DNA of 64,000 nucleotides. It comes from Bacillota bacterium. GTDB taxonomy: Bacteria > Bacillota > Desulfotomaculia > Desulfotomaculales > Pelotomaculaceae. A program made the translations under genes and the position numbers. Below are positions 26,083-36,384 of this stretch, one piece after another (position 1 is the first letter of the stretch; every line of letters starts with the position of its first letter). The notes beneath the pieces are model-generated. The model ran no database searches. It worked only from the letters and a program-made list of their open reading frames with translations, and had not been told where the DNA came from. The stretch is taken from assembly GCA_035369845.1 (NCBI GenBank), contig DAOOVD010000003.1:2244-66243 (forward strand). Reading direction: 5' to 3'.

Positions 26083-26835
26083 ATGAAGATTGTTTTTCAT
26101 GAGCGGTATCTTGACGTTTATACCCGCGACCCGGCCGCTGAAAAGGGAAGATTGGACGGCATCGTCGAAGAGTTGACGGACATTTACGAATTCGTCGAAC
26201 CGGAGCCGGCAGAAGAACAGGACATTCTCCTGGTACACAGTCCCTTTCACCTGGAACACATCAGAAAGAGGGGCGGGCTGTACGAATACGCCGCTCTCGC
26301 TGCAGGCGGAGCCGTCAAGGCCGCGGAACTCGCCGTGCGGGGGGAACCGTCCTTCGCCCTGATCAGGCCTCCCGGTCACCATGCCGGCAGAAACTCCTGC
26401 TGGGGTTTCTGCTGGTTCAACAACGTCGCCATTGCCGTGGAAAAACTAAGAACAAACAAAATGGTCAACAAGGTGCTCATTGTCGACATAGACCTGCATT
26501 TTGGCGACGGGACAAACGACATCTTCGCGCACGTGCCCGATGTCACCTATCACCATCTCGATGACATCGGCGGGTTGGACAGGTGTCTTAAAGAAAACGG
26601 CGACTGCGAACTCGTTGCCGTGTCCGCGGGATTTGACCGGCACGTCGACGACTGGGGCGGAACCCTTTACACCGAAGACTATGCCGCCATAGGCAAAATG
26701 ATTGCCGGTTACGCCCGCAGGGTCTGCAGCGGCAGGCTGTTTGCCGCTCTCGAAGGGGGGTACAACCACAAGGTCCTGGGTAAAAACGTAAAAGCCCTGC
26801 TGCAGGGTTTTGAACAAGAGGAGGTTTTAAGGTGA
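26083..26835 (+). CDS. Histone deacetylase-family (arginase/deacetylase fold) protein
   Basis: RPPGHHAGRNSCWGFCWFNNVAIA, VLIVDIDLHFGDGT, LEGGYN. Confidence 0.85.
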   Translation: MKIVFHERYLDVYTRDPAAEKGRLDGIVEELTDIYEFVEPEPAEEQDILLVHSPFHLEHIRKRGGLYEYAALAAGGAVKAAELAVRGEPSFALIRPPGHHAGRNSCWGFCWFNNVAIAVEKLRTNKMVNKVLIVDIDLHFGDGTNDIFAHVPDVTYHHLDDIGGLDRCLKENGDCELVAVSAGFDRHVDDWGGTLYTEDYAAIGKMIAGYARRVCSGRLFAALEGGYNHKVLGKNVKALLQGFEQEEVLR

Positions 26836-27248
26836 AAGGCAGAACAATCAACCAGTTGAAAATCGGTGACAGGGAATCCTTCCAGAAAACGATCAGCGAG
26901 ACCGACGTCTACCTTTATGCCGGAATAACGGGAGACTTGAACCCGGTCCACGTAAACGAGGAGTTCGCCGGGAGCACCATGTTTAAAACCAGAATAGCCC
27001 ACGGCATGCTGACGGCGGGACTGATATCGACCATTCTGGGCACGAAGCTGCCCGGTCCGGGAACCGTATACCTGGCGCAAGAGCTTAAATTCACCGCGCC
27101 GGTAAAGATCGGCGACACCATCAAGGCCGAAGCCGAAGTAACCGAAATCGACAGGGAAAAGAACAGGATCAAGCTGAAAACCACATGCACCAACCAGTCC
27201 GGCAATACGGTGCTTGCGGGGACGGCTACCGTCATGCCCCCGAAATAA
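26832..27248 (+). CDS. MaoC-like (R)-specific enoyl-CoA hydratase/dehydratase
   Basis: YAGITGDLNPVHVNEEFA..RIAHGML hot-dog fold motif. 4-nt overlap with the upstream gene. Confidence 0.8.
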   Translation: MKGRTINQLKIGDRESFQKTISETDVYLYAGITGDLNPVHVNEEFAGSTMFKTRIAHGMLTAGLISTILGTKLPGPGTVYLAQELKFTAPVKIGDTIKAEAEVTEIDREKNRIKLKTTCTNQSGNTVLAGTATVMPPK

Positions 27249-27285
27249 ATGAAGCCGCACCTTTGCCACTACGCCGGACCTGCCG

Positions 27286-27927
27286 TCAATAAACCGTTAT
27301 GCTGTCTTTCAGCCTTTCATAGTTTTTATCCCCTATCCCGGAAACATTTTTCAAATCCTCGGGCGTTCTGAACGGTCCGTTTGCTTCGCGGTACTGAATG
27401 ATCCGCTGGGCAAGCGCAGGGCCGATGCCGGGCAGGGTATCCAACTGGCTCACATCCGCAGTGTTTATGTTGACAAGCCCCCCTGCCGGCAACGTCTCTG
27501 CCGTACCCGGCCGGCCTTTGTTGAGAACAACGCCCAGCGCCGCACCCGGCCCTGCATCCGATTTTGACGGAACGGTTATGGTCTGCCCGTCGATGACCGG
27601 CGAGGCGAGCTTCAAGGTATCCAGCGCGGCATCTTCAGCGGGGCCGGCCATGTTTACCGCGTCGATAACCCTGGAACCCTCCGGAATCTGATAGACACCG
27701 GGCCTTGCCACGGCGCCGGCCACATGCACCTTGAATTCTTTGACCCTGTTCTCCCGCGGGCTTTCCAGCGCGGGCCTGCTTTCTGCCGCGGCCTTCTCTT
27801 TGATCTGGGCGTAACGGTATCCGCCGCCGAAAAGAATCACTCCCGCGAGGACAAGTACAACCAACTGCTGTTTGCGTTCAAGCCGGAACATGGAATTGCG
27901 CCCCCGTTGCCTTTTTTTGCTGTACAT
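27286..27927 (-). CDS. comEA: ComEA-family DNA receptor (SLBB + tandem helix-hairpin-helix)
   Basis: VNINTADVSQLDTLPGIGPALAQRIIQYREANGPFRTPEDLKNVSGIGDKNYERLK, plus an N-terminal TM helix. Confidence 0.85.
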   Translation of the reverse strand: MYSKKRQRGRNSMFRLERKQQLVVLVLAGVILFGGGYRYAQIKEKAAAESRPALESPRENRVKEFKVHVAGAVARPGVYQIPEGSRVIDAVNMAGPAEDAALDTLKLASPVIDGQTITVPSKSDAGPGAALGVVLNKGRPGTAETLPAGGLVNINTADVSQLDTLPGIGPALAQRIIQYREANGPFRTPEDLKNVSGIGDKNYERLKDSITVY

Positions 27928-27955
27928 GCACTTTTATTAGATATACAGGTTTATT

Positions 27956-28660
27956 CTACCAAATGCGACTTTTTCCTCCTGTCGTTTTCGGATTTACGAA
28001 GAGCCTGCCGTCCGTGCCGAGGGAAGCCAGCAGGACGTTCCTGTAAGTGAGGTTCCTCTCCCTCAGGACTTCGTGCAGCCATTTCTCGTCGAGGTTTATT
28101 TCCTTCAGGTTTTGCCTCAATATGTTCCCGTCCATGACCAGCACCGTGGGCAGACCCTCGTAGGCCGTGGAAATTCCCAGGTCGGCGGGGGTAACCGGCC
28201 GGCGCTGCGACTTGAGGATGACGCTGAGCTTCCCGGAGGTTTCGAGGACTGCGAATTCCACATCATCAATATTTACAATGCCTTTTTCCCTCATCTGAGC
28301 CATCAACTCGTCCAGGTTGTAACGGGCCCTTCTCATTTCGTCTCTCAGCAGCAGTCCGTTTTTGATGATGACCTGGGGCTGCCCGCAGACTACGCCGCGC
28401 AGTCTGTGGCTGAACAGGGTGGCGTAAGAAACCAGAACCTCAAGCAGTCCCAGAATAACCAGCGGCAGTATGCTGTGCCACAGGGGCATTTCAGTCGCTT
28501 CCATCGGGATTGCGGCAAGTTCCGCAATAATAACGGCCACTACAAAATCAAAGGGGGAAAGCTGTCCCACTTCGCGCTTCCCCATCATCCTGATTACCGC
28601 CAGCACCAGGAAATAGATTAATGTCGTCCGGTAGATATATTCCCAGATCAAGCCAAGCAC
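27956..28660 (-). CDS. DUF421 (YetF-like) membrane protein
   Basis: N-terminal TM helices, RMMGKREVGQLSPFDFVVAVIIAE and a C-terminal soluble domain, the pattern typical of this family. Confidence 0.7.
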   Translation of the reverse strand: MLGLIWEYIYRTTLIYFLVLAVIRMMGKREVGQLSPFDFVVAVIIAELAAIPMEATEMPLWHSILPLVILGLLEVLVSYATLFSHRLRGVVCGQPQVIIKNGLLLRDEMRRARYNLDELMAQMREKGIVNIDDVEFAVLETSGKLSVILKSQRRPVTPADLGISTAYEGLPTVLVMDGNILRQNLKEINLDEKWLHEVLRERNLTYRNVLLASLGTDGRLFVNPKTTGGKSRIW

Positions 28661-28898
28661 CGCCCGGTCCGTAATATTTGCCCATACTTATGATTTGCCG
28701 GATCAAGCAAAATTTATTACCCGTCATATATAACTGAATTTTCAAAATTTATGAACTTTTTGGCTTTGCGTCGTTTATCGCTTTACATCCGGTTCGAAAA
28801 GTGTAAAATATGTATAGGAAATGGAAATGTATAATAATGAGATTTATTTCATTTTGAGATGGTTTGATTTTTAAGGGACTGATGACCGGAATCTCAAT

Positions 28899-29135
28899 AT
28901 GATACAAGGCGGGGAGATAATGAGGGAAAATCTCGCGGCAGTGGGACGGAGCAAAAGAGTAAATGTAAACAAAACCTGGTGCAAGGGCTGCGGAATATGC
29001 GCCTCCATCTGTCCGAAAGTGTTTATAATCGACAGCAGCGGCAAGGCGGCGGCGGCCAACCAGCACCTGTGCACCGGCTGCCGCATGTGTGAAAGCCATT
29101 GCCCCGATTTTGCGATAAATATGGGAGTGGAATAA
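28899..29135 (+). CDS. korD: 2-oxoacid:ferredoxin oxidoreductase delta subunit (2x[4Fe-4S] ferredoxin)
   Basis: CKGCGICASICP and CTGCRMCESHCP. ATG 28920 is an alternative start. Confidence 0.8.
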   Translation: MIQGGEIMRENLAAVGRSKRVNVNKTWCKGCGICASICPKVFIIDSSGKAAAANQHLCTGCRMCESHCPDFAINMGVE

Positions 29136-29136
29136 G

Positions 29137-30291
29137 TTGTCAGAATTACTTCCCCTTGCCCGTTTGATGCAAGGAAATGAAGCGATCGCCGAAGGCGCCC
29201 TGGCAGCAGGTGCGCGTTTTTTTGCCGGTTATCCGATTACGCCCTCCACCGAAATAGCGGAGATCATGGCTGAAAAACTGCCCCTGGTCGGCGGCAAGTT
29301 CATCCAGATGGAAGATGAAATCGCAAGCATGGCGGCCGTTATCGGAGCCTCCCTGGCCGGCCTGAAATCTTTTACCGCCACCAGCGGTCCCGGCTTCTCG
29401 CTCAAACAGGAAAACATCGGCTTCGCTGCCATGGCGGAAGTTCCCTGCGTCATCGTGAACGTACAACGTTTCGGACCCAGCACCGGCATCCCGACCGCGC
29501 CCGCCCAGGGCGACGTGATGCAGGCCCGCTGGGGCACGCACGGCGACCATCCTGTCATAGTTTTGTGCCCCTCGTCCGTTCAGGAGTCATATTCTCTAAC
29601 GATAACCGCTTTCAATCTGTCCGAAAAATACAGGGTGCCGGTAATCATGCTGACCGATGAAGTGATCGGCCATTTGAGGGAGCGCGTCATCCTTCCGGAA
29701 CCGGGCGAAATACCTGTTTTTTCCCGTAAAAAACCCCGTCCGGGCCTGAAAAATTATCTGCCCTTCCGTCCCGGCGAAAACGGCGTACCGGAAGTGGCCG
29801 ATTTTTGTGATGGTTACCGCTTTCACGTAACCAGCCTGGCTCACGACAAGAGCGGTTTTCCCACCACCAATCCCGAGATTGCGGAAAAATTGATCAACCG
29901 TTTGAATGACAAGATAATGAACAATCTCGGGGACATCATCATTTATGACACTTTCCTGGCGGAAGACGCGGAAGTGGTGGTCATAGCCTACGGTTCGGTT
30001 TCGCGCTCGGCAAAGAGGGCGGTCAAAGAGGCCCGGGCGGCGGGAATCAAGGCAGGACTTTTCCGCCTGGTAACCATCTGGCCCTTTCCGGAAAAAGAAG
30101 TGGCTGCTCTGTCCGGAACCGCCGGCGCCCTGATCGTCCCTGAAATGAATCTGGGCCAGCTCAGGAGAGAAGTCGAGCGGGCGGCCGGACAGGGAGCCCG
30201 GATCGTCGGCCTGAACAGAGTCGGCGGCGAACTGATCACGCCCGGTGAAATTCTGGCCGCCATCCGCAAATCGATAAAAAAAGACCGGTGA
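29137..30291 (+). CDS. korA: 2-oxoglutarate/2-oxoacid:ferredoxin oxidoreductase alpha subunit
   Basis: 384 aa. GNEAIAEGALAAGARFFAGYPITPSTEI is typical of the OFOR alpha N-terminus. Confidence 0.85.
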   Translation: MSELLPLARLMQGNEAIAEGALAAGARFFAGYPITPSTEIAEIMAEKLPLVGGKFIQMEDEIASMAAVIGASLAGLKSFTATSGPGFSLKQENIGFAAMAEVPCVIVNVQRFGPSTGIPTAPAQGDVMQARWGTHGDHPVIVLCPSSVQESYSLTITAFNLSEKYRVPVIMLTDEVIGHLRERVILPEPGEIPVFSRKKPRPGLKNYLPFRPGENGVPEVADFCDGYRFHVTSLAHDKSGFPTTNPEIAEKLINRLNDKIMNNLGDIIIYDTFLAEDAEVVVIAYGSVSRSAKRAVKEARAAGIKAGLFRLVTIWPFPEKEVAALSGTAGALIVPEMNLGQLRREVERAAGQGARIVGLNRVGGELITPGEILAAIRKSIKKDR

Positions 30292-30298
30292 AATCGAA

Positions 30299-31126
30299 AT
30301 GCAGAACAACCACAAAAGATTCCTGCGGGAAAACAAACTTCCTCATATCTGGTGCCCCGGATGCGGCAACGGCATCGTCCTCGGCGCTTTTGTCCGGGCA
30401 TTCGGCCAGCTTGGCTTCGATCAGGACAAGACCGTGATCGTTTCCGGCATCGGCTGCTCTTCGAGAGCGGCGGGGTACCTGGATTTCAACACCCTGCACA
30501 CCACTCACGGAAGGGCTCTCGCTTTTGCCACCGGGATAAAAGTTGCCCGTCCGGAGCTTAACGTTTTTGTTTTCATGGGCGACGGAGACGCGAGCGCGAT
30601 CGGGGGAAACCATCTCATTCACGCCGCCAGGCGCAACATCGATCTCACGGCAATCATCTTCAACAACAGCATATACGGCATGACCGGAGGACAGTACTCC
30701 CCCCTCACCCCGCAAGACTCCCGCGCCGCAACCGCGCCTTACGGCACTGTCGAAAGGCCTTTCGACCTGGCCGAACTGGTCAAGGCTGCGGGCGCAACCT
30801 ATGTCGCCCGCAGCACCACCTTCCACGTCCCCCTTCTGATCAGGCTGATCAAGGAGGGCGCCGTTCACAGGGGTTTCAGCGTGATAGAGGTCATTACCGC
30901 CTGCCCGGTGTCCTACGGGCGGAGAAACAAGCTGGGGAACGGTTACGAGATGCTGATGCACCAGAAGGAACACGGCGTCGCGGTTGAAAAGGCAAAGGAT
31001 TATACGCAGGAACAAATGCGGGGGAAATTTCTCATCGGAGAACTGCACAGGGCCGAAGCTCCTGAATTCACGGAAATTTACGGCCAATTGGCGGAGAAAA
31101 TCCGTAAGAACTACGGGAAGGAATGA
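30299..31126 (+). CDS. korB: 2-oxoacid:ferredoxin oxidoreductase beta subunit (TPP-binding)
   Basis: WCPGCGNG, GIGCSSR, FMGDGDASAIGGNHLIHAARRN. Confidence 0.85.
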   Translation: MQNNHKRFLRENKLPHIWCPGCGNGIVLGAFVRAFGQLGFDQDKTVIVSGIGCSSRAAGYLDFNTLHTTHGRALAFATGIKVARPELNVFVFMGDGDASAIGGNHLIHAARRNIDLTAIIFNNSIYGMTGGQYSPLTPQDSRAATAPYGTVERPFDLAELVKAAGATYVARSTTFHVPLLIRLIKEGAVHRGFSVIEVITACPVSYGRRNKLGNGYEMLMHQKEHGVAVEKAKDYTQEQMRGKFLIGELHRAEAPEFTEIYGQLAEKIRKNYGKE

Positions 31127-31132
31127 TTTCGG

Positions 31133-31678
31133 TTGGTGAAAAACAGTGAGATTATTTTAAGCGGCTTTGGGGGGCAGGGGCTCATCATGGCCGGACAGAT
31201 CCTGGCCGAGGCTGTTGTCAGGGACGGGAAAAACACCGCGCAGACCCAGTCCTACGGTCCGGAAGCCAGGGGAGGAGCAAGCAAGGCGGAAATAATCATC
31301 AGTGACGCAGAGATCGACTACCCGAAGGTAACGTCGCCCGACATTCTTCTGGTCATGAGCCGGGAGGCGCTGCACAAGTACATCGGCAAGCTGAACGACA
31401 ATTCCACCCTTATCGTCGACACCACCTACATCGACGAAATACCTCCCACCCCTGCCAAGGTATACGCGCTCCCTTATACAAACCTCGCCAAGGAACGTTT
31501 CGGCCGGGAGATCGTGGCAAACATCGTCGCCCTGGGAGTTCTCGCCGCTCTGACCGGCGTGGCCACCAAAGAGTCCCTGGAAGCCGCCATAATTTCACGC
31601 ACCCCGCGTGGAACCGAGGCTTTGAACAGGCAGGCGTTTGAATTCGGATGGCAGAGTGCGCGTCAGATAGCCGCCTGA
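31133..31678 (+). CDS. korC: 2-oxoacid:ferredoxin oxidoreductase gamma subunit
   Basis: GFGGQGLIMAGQILA..QSYGPEARGGASKAEIIIS. Confidence 0.85.
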   Translation: MVKNSEIILSGFGGQGLIMAGQILAEAVVRDGKNTAQTQSYGPEARGGASKAEIIISDAEIDYPKVTSPDILLVMSREALHKYIGKLNDNSTLIVDTTYIDEIPPTPAKVYALPYTNLAKERFGREIVANIVALGVLAALTGVATKESLEAAIISRTPRGTEALNRQAFEFGWQSARQIAA

Positions 31679-31725
31679 CAGCAAGTTTTTTCACTTGACA
31701 ATACATCTCATTCGGTAATTTTCCG

Positions 31726-31752
31726 GCGCCGCATCAAAGCGGCGCTTTTTTT
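31726..31752 (+). terminator. Intrinsic terminator of the kor operon
   Basis: GCGCCGC-ATCAAA-GCGGCGC followed by TTTTTTT. Confidence 0.8.
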
Positions 31753-31919
31753 ACACGTAAGACAACCGTAAACGGCAGGAAAGGGCTGAAAAATAAAGAA
31801 CAATAAATATGGATCAATTTCGCCTTGAAACAAGCGGTAAGTGCAGCCGGCGCAAAGCACCAGGAGTAAGCGGTGACAAGGCGCTGACCGGAAAAGTATT
31901 TTGGGGGAGATGCGAACTC

Positions 31920-33713
31920 ATGTCCAGGCTTGCCCGGGTAAGCGAAAGCTGCCAGCAGGTTGCCGAAGCTATCGCCACGGTGCTCAAAGTCGAAGTGGAG
32001 ATTATCGACACCGACCTCGTCCGCATCGCCGGAACCGGGATGGTGAGAACCGACGTCGGCACCAGGCTGCTGCGCGGCCTGGTAAACAAACACGTGCTTC
32101 AAACCGGCGCCCACATTTTTATCAACGAAGCCGGGTTCCACGAGATATGCCTGTCCTGCCCCCTCACCGGCAAGTGTTTCTACAAGGCGTCAATAGTGTA
32201 TCCGGTCACAGCGGAGAACGAAGTTATCGGAACCGTCAGCCTGATAGCCTTCAACCAGGCCCAGAAAGAAACCCTTCTGAAAAACACCGATTCCCTCATC
32301 GGGTTTATCAGCCGGATGGCCGATCTGATCAGCAGCAAGGCCCTCGAACATCAGATCCTTACCGAACTTACGGTCATGGCCAACCGCCTCGAGGCGGTGG
32401 TGGACTCCGTCGAGGAGGGCATCATAGCGATAAACAGCGACGGCGTAATCACCCATTTCAACAGTTCGGCGGAAAGGCTTTTCGGAACGAAAAAAGAAAA
32501 CGTCATCGGCAGGGATTCCGGCTCGCTGATGCCCGCCCTGCCGCTTTCATCGGTACTCCAGGACGGCAAGGGTTTCAATTCCCGCGAAATCTTCATGAAT
32601 TACGAGGGGCGAAAGCTCCACCTTTTGAGCACGGCAAAACCGATCAAAGTTAAAGACGGCCGGGTGGTCGGAGTCGTCTCGTCGCTCAGGGACTTTAAGG
32701 AGACGCAGAAGCTTGCCTACGAGATCATGAACACGCATGACGAAATGATAGGTTTCGACGACCTGGTGGGCATCAGCAAATCCTGGACGGAAGCCAAAGC
32801 CAAAGCTCAAAAAATATCCGCCGGCAATTCCACCGCCTTGATCATAGGCGAAAGCGGCACCGGCAAGGAAATTTTCGCCAGGGCTATTCATTCCGCCGGG
32901 CCGCACGGCCACAAGCCCTTTATTTCCGTCAACTGCGCGGCCGTACCGGAAAATCTCCTTGAAATCGAGCTGTTCGGCTACGACGACGGCGCTTTTGCCG
33001 GCGCCCGGCGCGGCGGCAAGCCGGGAAAAATCGAACTTGCCAGCGGCGGAACGATATTTCTCGAAGAAGTCGGAAACCTCTCCCTCTACCTTCAGACCAA
33101 ACTGCTGAAGCTTCTCCAGGAACGCGTCATCGAACGGGTGGGCGGCGCCAGGCCGGTCATGGTGGACACCAGGGTCATCGCAGCCACCAACACCGACCTG
33201 CAGGACGCGGTGCGGAAAAACCTTTTCAGGGACGACCTGTATTACCGTTTAAGCGTCATGCCCCTGATTATCCCCCCCTTGAGGGAAAGGCAGGAGGACA
33301 TCCCGATCCTGCTGGACTTTTACATGAAGAGGTTCAACAAACTGCTCGGCAAAAACATCAAAGGCTTCACCGCCGAAGCCATCAACGCCTGCATGAAATA
33401 CCACTGGCCCGGCAACGTCAGGGAACTGGTCTACTCGGTGGAATACGCCATCAATATCGAAGAGGGGGATCTTATCACCATCGAGAGTCTACCCCACGTT
33501 CTGCGCGAACAGACCAGGAAAAGGACGAGGAGCGGCATGGCGGGAGACGGCCGGCTGTTGAAGCTGGCCCAGCTTGAAAAAGAAGCCATCGCCGCGGCCC
33601 TTGAACAGTACGGATGGTCGGACGAGGGAAAGGTGAAGGCTGCCCGCGTGCTCGGCATCAGCCGGGCGACCATTTACCGCAAAATCCAAAAGTACGGGCT
33701 GAAGCCGGTCTAG
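31920..33713 (+). CDS. Sigma-54-dependent transcriptional activator (N-terminal sensor + PAS + AAA+ + Fis-type HTH)
   Basis: IIGESGTGKE, ELFGYDDGAFAGA, GGTIFLEEV, C-terminal ARVLGISRATIYRKIQKYGL. ATG 31920 lies 9 nt after GGGGAGA. The track ORF starts at 31809. Confidence 0.85.
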   Translation: MSRLARVSESCQQVAEAIATVLKVEVEIIDTDLVRIAGTGMVRTDVGTRLLRGLVNKHVLQTGAHIFINEAGFHEICLSCPLTGKCFYKASIVYPVTAENEVIGTVSLIAFNQAQKETLLKNTDSLIGFISRMADLISSKALEHQILTELTVMANRLEAVVDSVEEGIIAINSDGVITHFNSSAERLFGTKKENVIGRDSGSLMPALPLSSVLQDGKGFNSREIFMNYEGRKLHLLSTAKPIKVKDGRVVGVVSSLRDFKETQKLAYEIMNTHDEMIGFDDLVGISKSWTEAKAKAQKISAGNSTALIIGESGTGKEIFARAIHSAGPHGHKPFISVNCAAVPENLLEIELFGYDDGAFAGARRGGKPGKIELASGGTIFLEEVGNLSLYLQTKLLKLLQERVIERVGGARPVMVDTRVIAATNTDLQDAVRKNLFRDDLYYRLSVMPLIIPPLRERQEDIPILLDFYMKRFNKLLGKNIKGFTAEAINACMKYHWPGNVRELVYSVEYAINIEEGDLITIESLPHVLREQTRKRTRSGMAGDGRLLKLAQLEKEAIAAALEQYGWSDEGKVKAARVLGISRATIYRKIQKYGLKPV

Positions 33714-33824
33714 CCGCAGGCCCGCTGCAGGTATATCCCTGGCTTCTGCCAAACTTTCCGATCAAGGAATATTGATTGCCCCGCACATTTAAAAAAGAAT
33801 ACGCCACGTTCCCCCATGTGTCCC

Positions 33825-34046
33825 TCAAGGTTTTTTCAACCACTCCGCCACGGGCTCAAACAGCGCCTTGATAATCGCGTTGGAGTCCAGGGGCCGCACC
33901 TCGTACACCTGCGGGACGGTCAGGGCCATGCCGGCGGCCAGGTAAACCGAAAAAGCTATCAGCTCCCGCCACATCTTCTTCTTCACCAGGCCCGGCGCCT
34001 CAAGCCCGGCAATGAGCGCAAAAGCCAGCAGTACCAGCACTATCAT
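33825..34046 (-). CDS. Small two-helix membrane protein (73 aa)
   Basis: Two hydrophobic segments; lies downstream of the ger operon. No motif recognised. Confidence 0.45.
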   Translation of the reverse strand: MIVLVLLAFALIAGLEAPGLVKKKMWRELIAFSVYLAAGMALTVPQVYEVRPLDSNAIIKALFEPVAEWLKKP

Positions 34047-34088
34047 GAAACTTCGCCTGCCTCTTTTTCAAAATTGCAAAGTTGTTGA

Positions 34089-35273
34089 CTACTCCCTCGG
34101 AGTTAATCTTTTGGCTATCAAACCGCTGCGTCTCAGGTGGGCCTCCACGGAAAACCGGACTTCGGCGCCGGCGAACAGTTCGTTCCAGCGGTCCTTGATT
34201 TCTTTCCACTTTTTCGGATACTTGCGGTGGAAGGCCACCCCGAAGTCGAACAGGTCCGCCCCGAATTCCGCCTGGGCCTTCTCCAGGGCAAGCCTGGCTT
34301 TTTTTTCCACTTCCCCGGCCATTGCTCTTTCTATGGCCTCCAGCGCCTCGCGTTCCGGCAACTCATCCTTGGACTGCTGCTCCAACAGATCCCCTTCCAC
34401 AATGATCTCCACGTCAAACCACACCGATTCTCCGTCATAGCGCGGTTTAACTATCGTTCGGCCGCGGATAATGTCAATGGACATTTCCTTGCCTGGTTCG
34501 GCCGGTGAAGGAATGCTGATGATCCCCTTCAACACCTCTCCCCTGAGCCAGAGCAGGCCCCGGGTTTCCGATTCGTCCAGCCACCCTGCCAGCGTTTCCC
34601 CACGGAACACGGCCGTTCCGGTAAGGGCCGGCCCCTCCTCTTCGACGGATTTTTCCATTGCCGGAGCCCCCGGGACAACCCCGCGTCCGATGATTTCAAC
34701 CCGGGCGGCTATGGGGTTGCTTCCTTTGGTGGCCAGCATGACGAGAAAATCTTTGAAATTGACGGAGTAACCCGTTCTGGCCCTGGCCAGGAAGCCGATA
34801 TCCTGAGCCGAAGTTTTCTCCAGAATTGAACGGCTTTCCAGTATGTCCCCGGCCTTTCCTCTGGCCACCAGGAACCACATGGTCTCCCTGGGTTGCGGCG
34901 CCTGGGCGAAAAAGCTTATATACCGCCTAATTCCGCTACGGGCCGCATCTTCGCCGACAACCGCAATCACACAGTGGGACCAGTAAATATTGCGGGAAAT
35001 CCGGAGGGCCAGTTTCCTCTGCGCGTCAAGAACAGTCTTGCCCGTCTCGGAAACCACCCAGGTGGCCGGTTCTCTTCCCCTGGCCTCCCCGCCCCCCACA
35101 AAGGCGCTCGGCCTGGCCAGTTGCAGAGTCAACTGGACCTGATCGTCGGGGGTGCGGTCAACGCCCACCCCGAGAACGATAGCCAGTTCGTTCAACTCTT
35201 TGCGGCTCCAGCAGCCGCTCATGATACCGGCTCCAATTACCAGAAGCGCCAAAAAGGCCAAGACTTTTTTCAA
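34089..35273 (-). CDS. Spore germination receptor C subunit (Ger(x)C lipoprotein)
   Basis: Lipobox LLVIGAGIMSGCWS, then the WSRKELNELAIVLGVGVD pattern typical of GerAC-family proteins. Confidence 0.8.
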   Translation of the reverse strand: MKKVLAFLALLVIGAGIMSGCWSRKELNELAIVLGVGVDRTPDDQVQLTLQLARPSAFVGGGEARGREPATWVVSETGKTVLDAQRKLALRISRNIYWSHCVIAVVGEDAARSGIRRYISFFAQAPQPRETMWFLVARGKAGDILESRSILEKTSAQDIGFLARARTGYSVNFKDFLVMLATKGSNPIAARVEIIGRGVVPGAPAMEKSVEEEGPALTGTAVFRGETLAGWLDESETRGLLWLRGEVLKGIISIPSPAEPGKEMSIDIIRGRTIVKPRYDGESVWFDVEIIVEGDLLEQQSKDELPEREALEAIERAMAGEVEKKARLALEKAQAEFGADLFDFGVAFHRKYPKKWKEIKDRWNELFAGAEVRFSVEAHLRRSGLIAKRLTPRE

Positions 35274-36370
35274 CCCGGCGAACCTCCCCTTCCTCTGGCT
35301 GCGGCGACGGCCAGCAGCAAGAGGGGAATGCCCGCTATAAATATGGTGAGGGCGTAAGGCCCCCAGTACCTGCCCAGAAAATCAAACAAATCCAGAATGC
35401 TGTCGTGCAGCGTGATGGACATGGCGAGCAGGATCGCCCCCAGCGGGAGGACAAGAGGCTTGTAGTCTTTTAGCTCCAGCCACTGGGCGCTGCCGAGCGC
35501 CGCCGCCCAGTAGAAAACGCAGATCTTTACGAGGCCCCCGGCCACCCAGATGCCCATTTGAATGGCTTCCAGCCGTTCCAGGTAGTTGGCCAGGTGGATC
35601 ATCCTGATTTCGTTCAAGGCCGGGAAAAGCCACCCGGCGGTGATTTCGGGGCCGAAGATCGCAATATCGATAACCTGGGTGACCGCCAGAAAGAAACCGG
35701 TAATCAGAGTAGCCGCCGCGGCTATCCGGTGAGCTTCTTCCGCCCTGCTCAGGTAGGGGATGAGCACGGCCATGGTGACGATTTCACCCATCCAGGCGGC
35801 GGGCATGACGGCGCCTTTTATCACAGGCACCGCCCCGTATTCAAAAACCGGCAGAAGGTTTTTCATATTCATCTCCGGAGTGACCAGAAAAATTATAATG
35901 ACAACCGACCCCAAAATGAGGGGGAGCACGATTTCATTCACCCGGGTGAACACCTCCAGGCCGTTGCGCACGGCGTAGGCGGCTATGGCCGTGATAAGCA
36001 GTTCGATGAAGATAATCGGTGTTTCAGGCATGAAGGCGGAAACCACGAAAGAGCCGAACTGCCTGACAATTTCAGCGTTCATATGGATATACCACCAGAT
36101 GTACAGCAGGGTGACGGCCTTCCCCGGCCACCTGCCCAGGATTTCCTCCGTAAACTGAAACAGGGTCTTTCCCGGAAAACGCAGGCTCAGGCTTACCGCC
36201 AGCCGGGCGATAAGCAGGGCAGCCAGGGTGGCCAGCAGGATCGAGATCCAGCCGTCCTGCCTGGCCAGATGGGAAGTGACCGAAGCCACGAAAAGAAAGG
36301 CCGTGGGAAGAACCATGCTCACCATCAAGAAAACAGCCTGCCTGGCGCCTATTCTGCCTCCTTCAAGCAA
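35270..36370 (-). CDS. Spore germination receptor B subunit (spore permease family)
   Basis: 366-aa polytopic membrane protein positioned between the A and C subunits; 4-nt overlap with the C subunit. Confidence 0.75.
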   Translation of the reverse strand: MLEGGRIGARQAVFLMVSMVLPTAFLFVASVTSHLARQDGWISILLATLAALLIARLAVSLSLRFPGKTLFQFTEEILGRWPGKAVTLLYIWWYIHMNAEIVRQFGSFVVSAFMPETPIIFIELLITAIAAYAVRNGLEVFTRVNEIVLPLILGSVVIIIFLVTPEMNMKNLLPVFEYGAVPVIKGAVMPAAWMGEIVTMAVLIPYLSRAEEAHRIAAAATLITGFFLAVTQVIDIAIFGPEITAGWLFPALNEIRMIHLANYLERLEAIQMGIWVAGGLVKICVFYWAAALGSAQWLELKDYKPLVLPLGAILLAMSITLHDSILDLFDFLGRYWGPYALTIFIAGIPLLLLAVAAARGRGGSPG

Positions 36371-36384
36371 CGCCGCCCCACCCC

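Noticed and set aside
25768-26382. 204-aa minus-strand ORF
   Set aside because: It overlaps the well-supported deacetylase gene start and the zinc-ribbon mini-ORF on the other strand. It has no RBS or motif.
28661-28898. Search for a sigma-54 (-24 TGGCAC / -12 TTGC) promoter upstream of korDABC that could be the target of the adjacent sigma-54 activator
   Set aside because: The only near match is TTGGCTTTGCGTCG, and the GG/GC elements are wrongly spaced. No convincing -24/-12 promoter was seen here or elsewhere by eye. The regulator's target is left unassigned.
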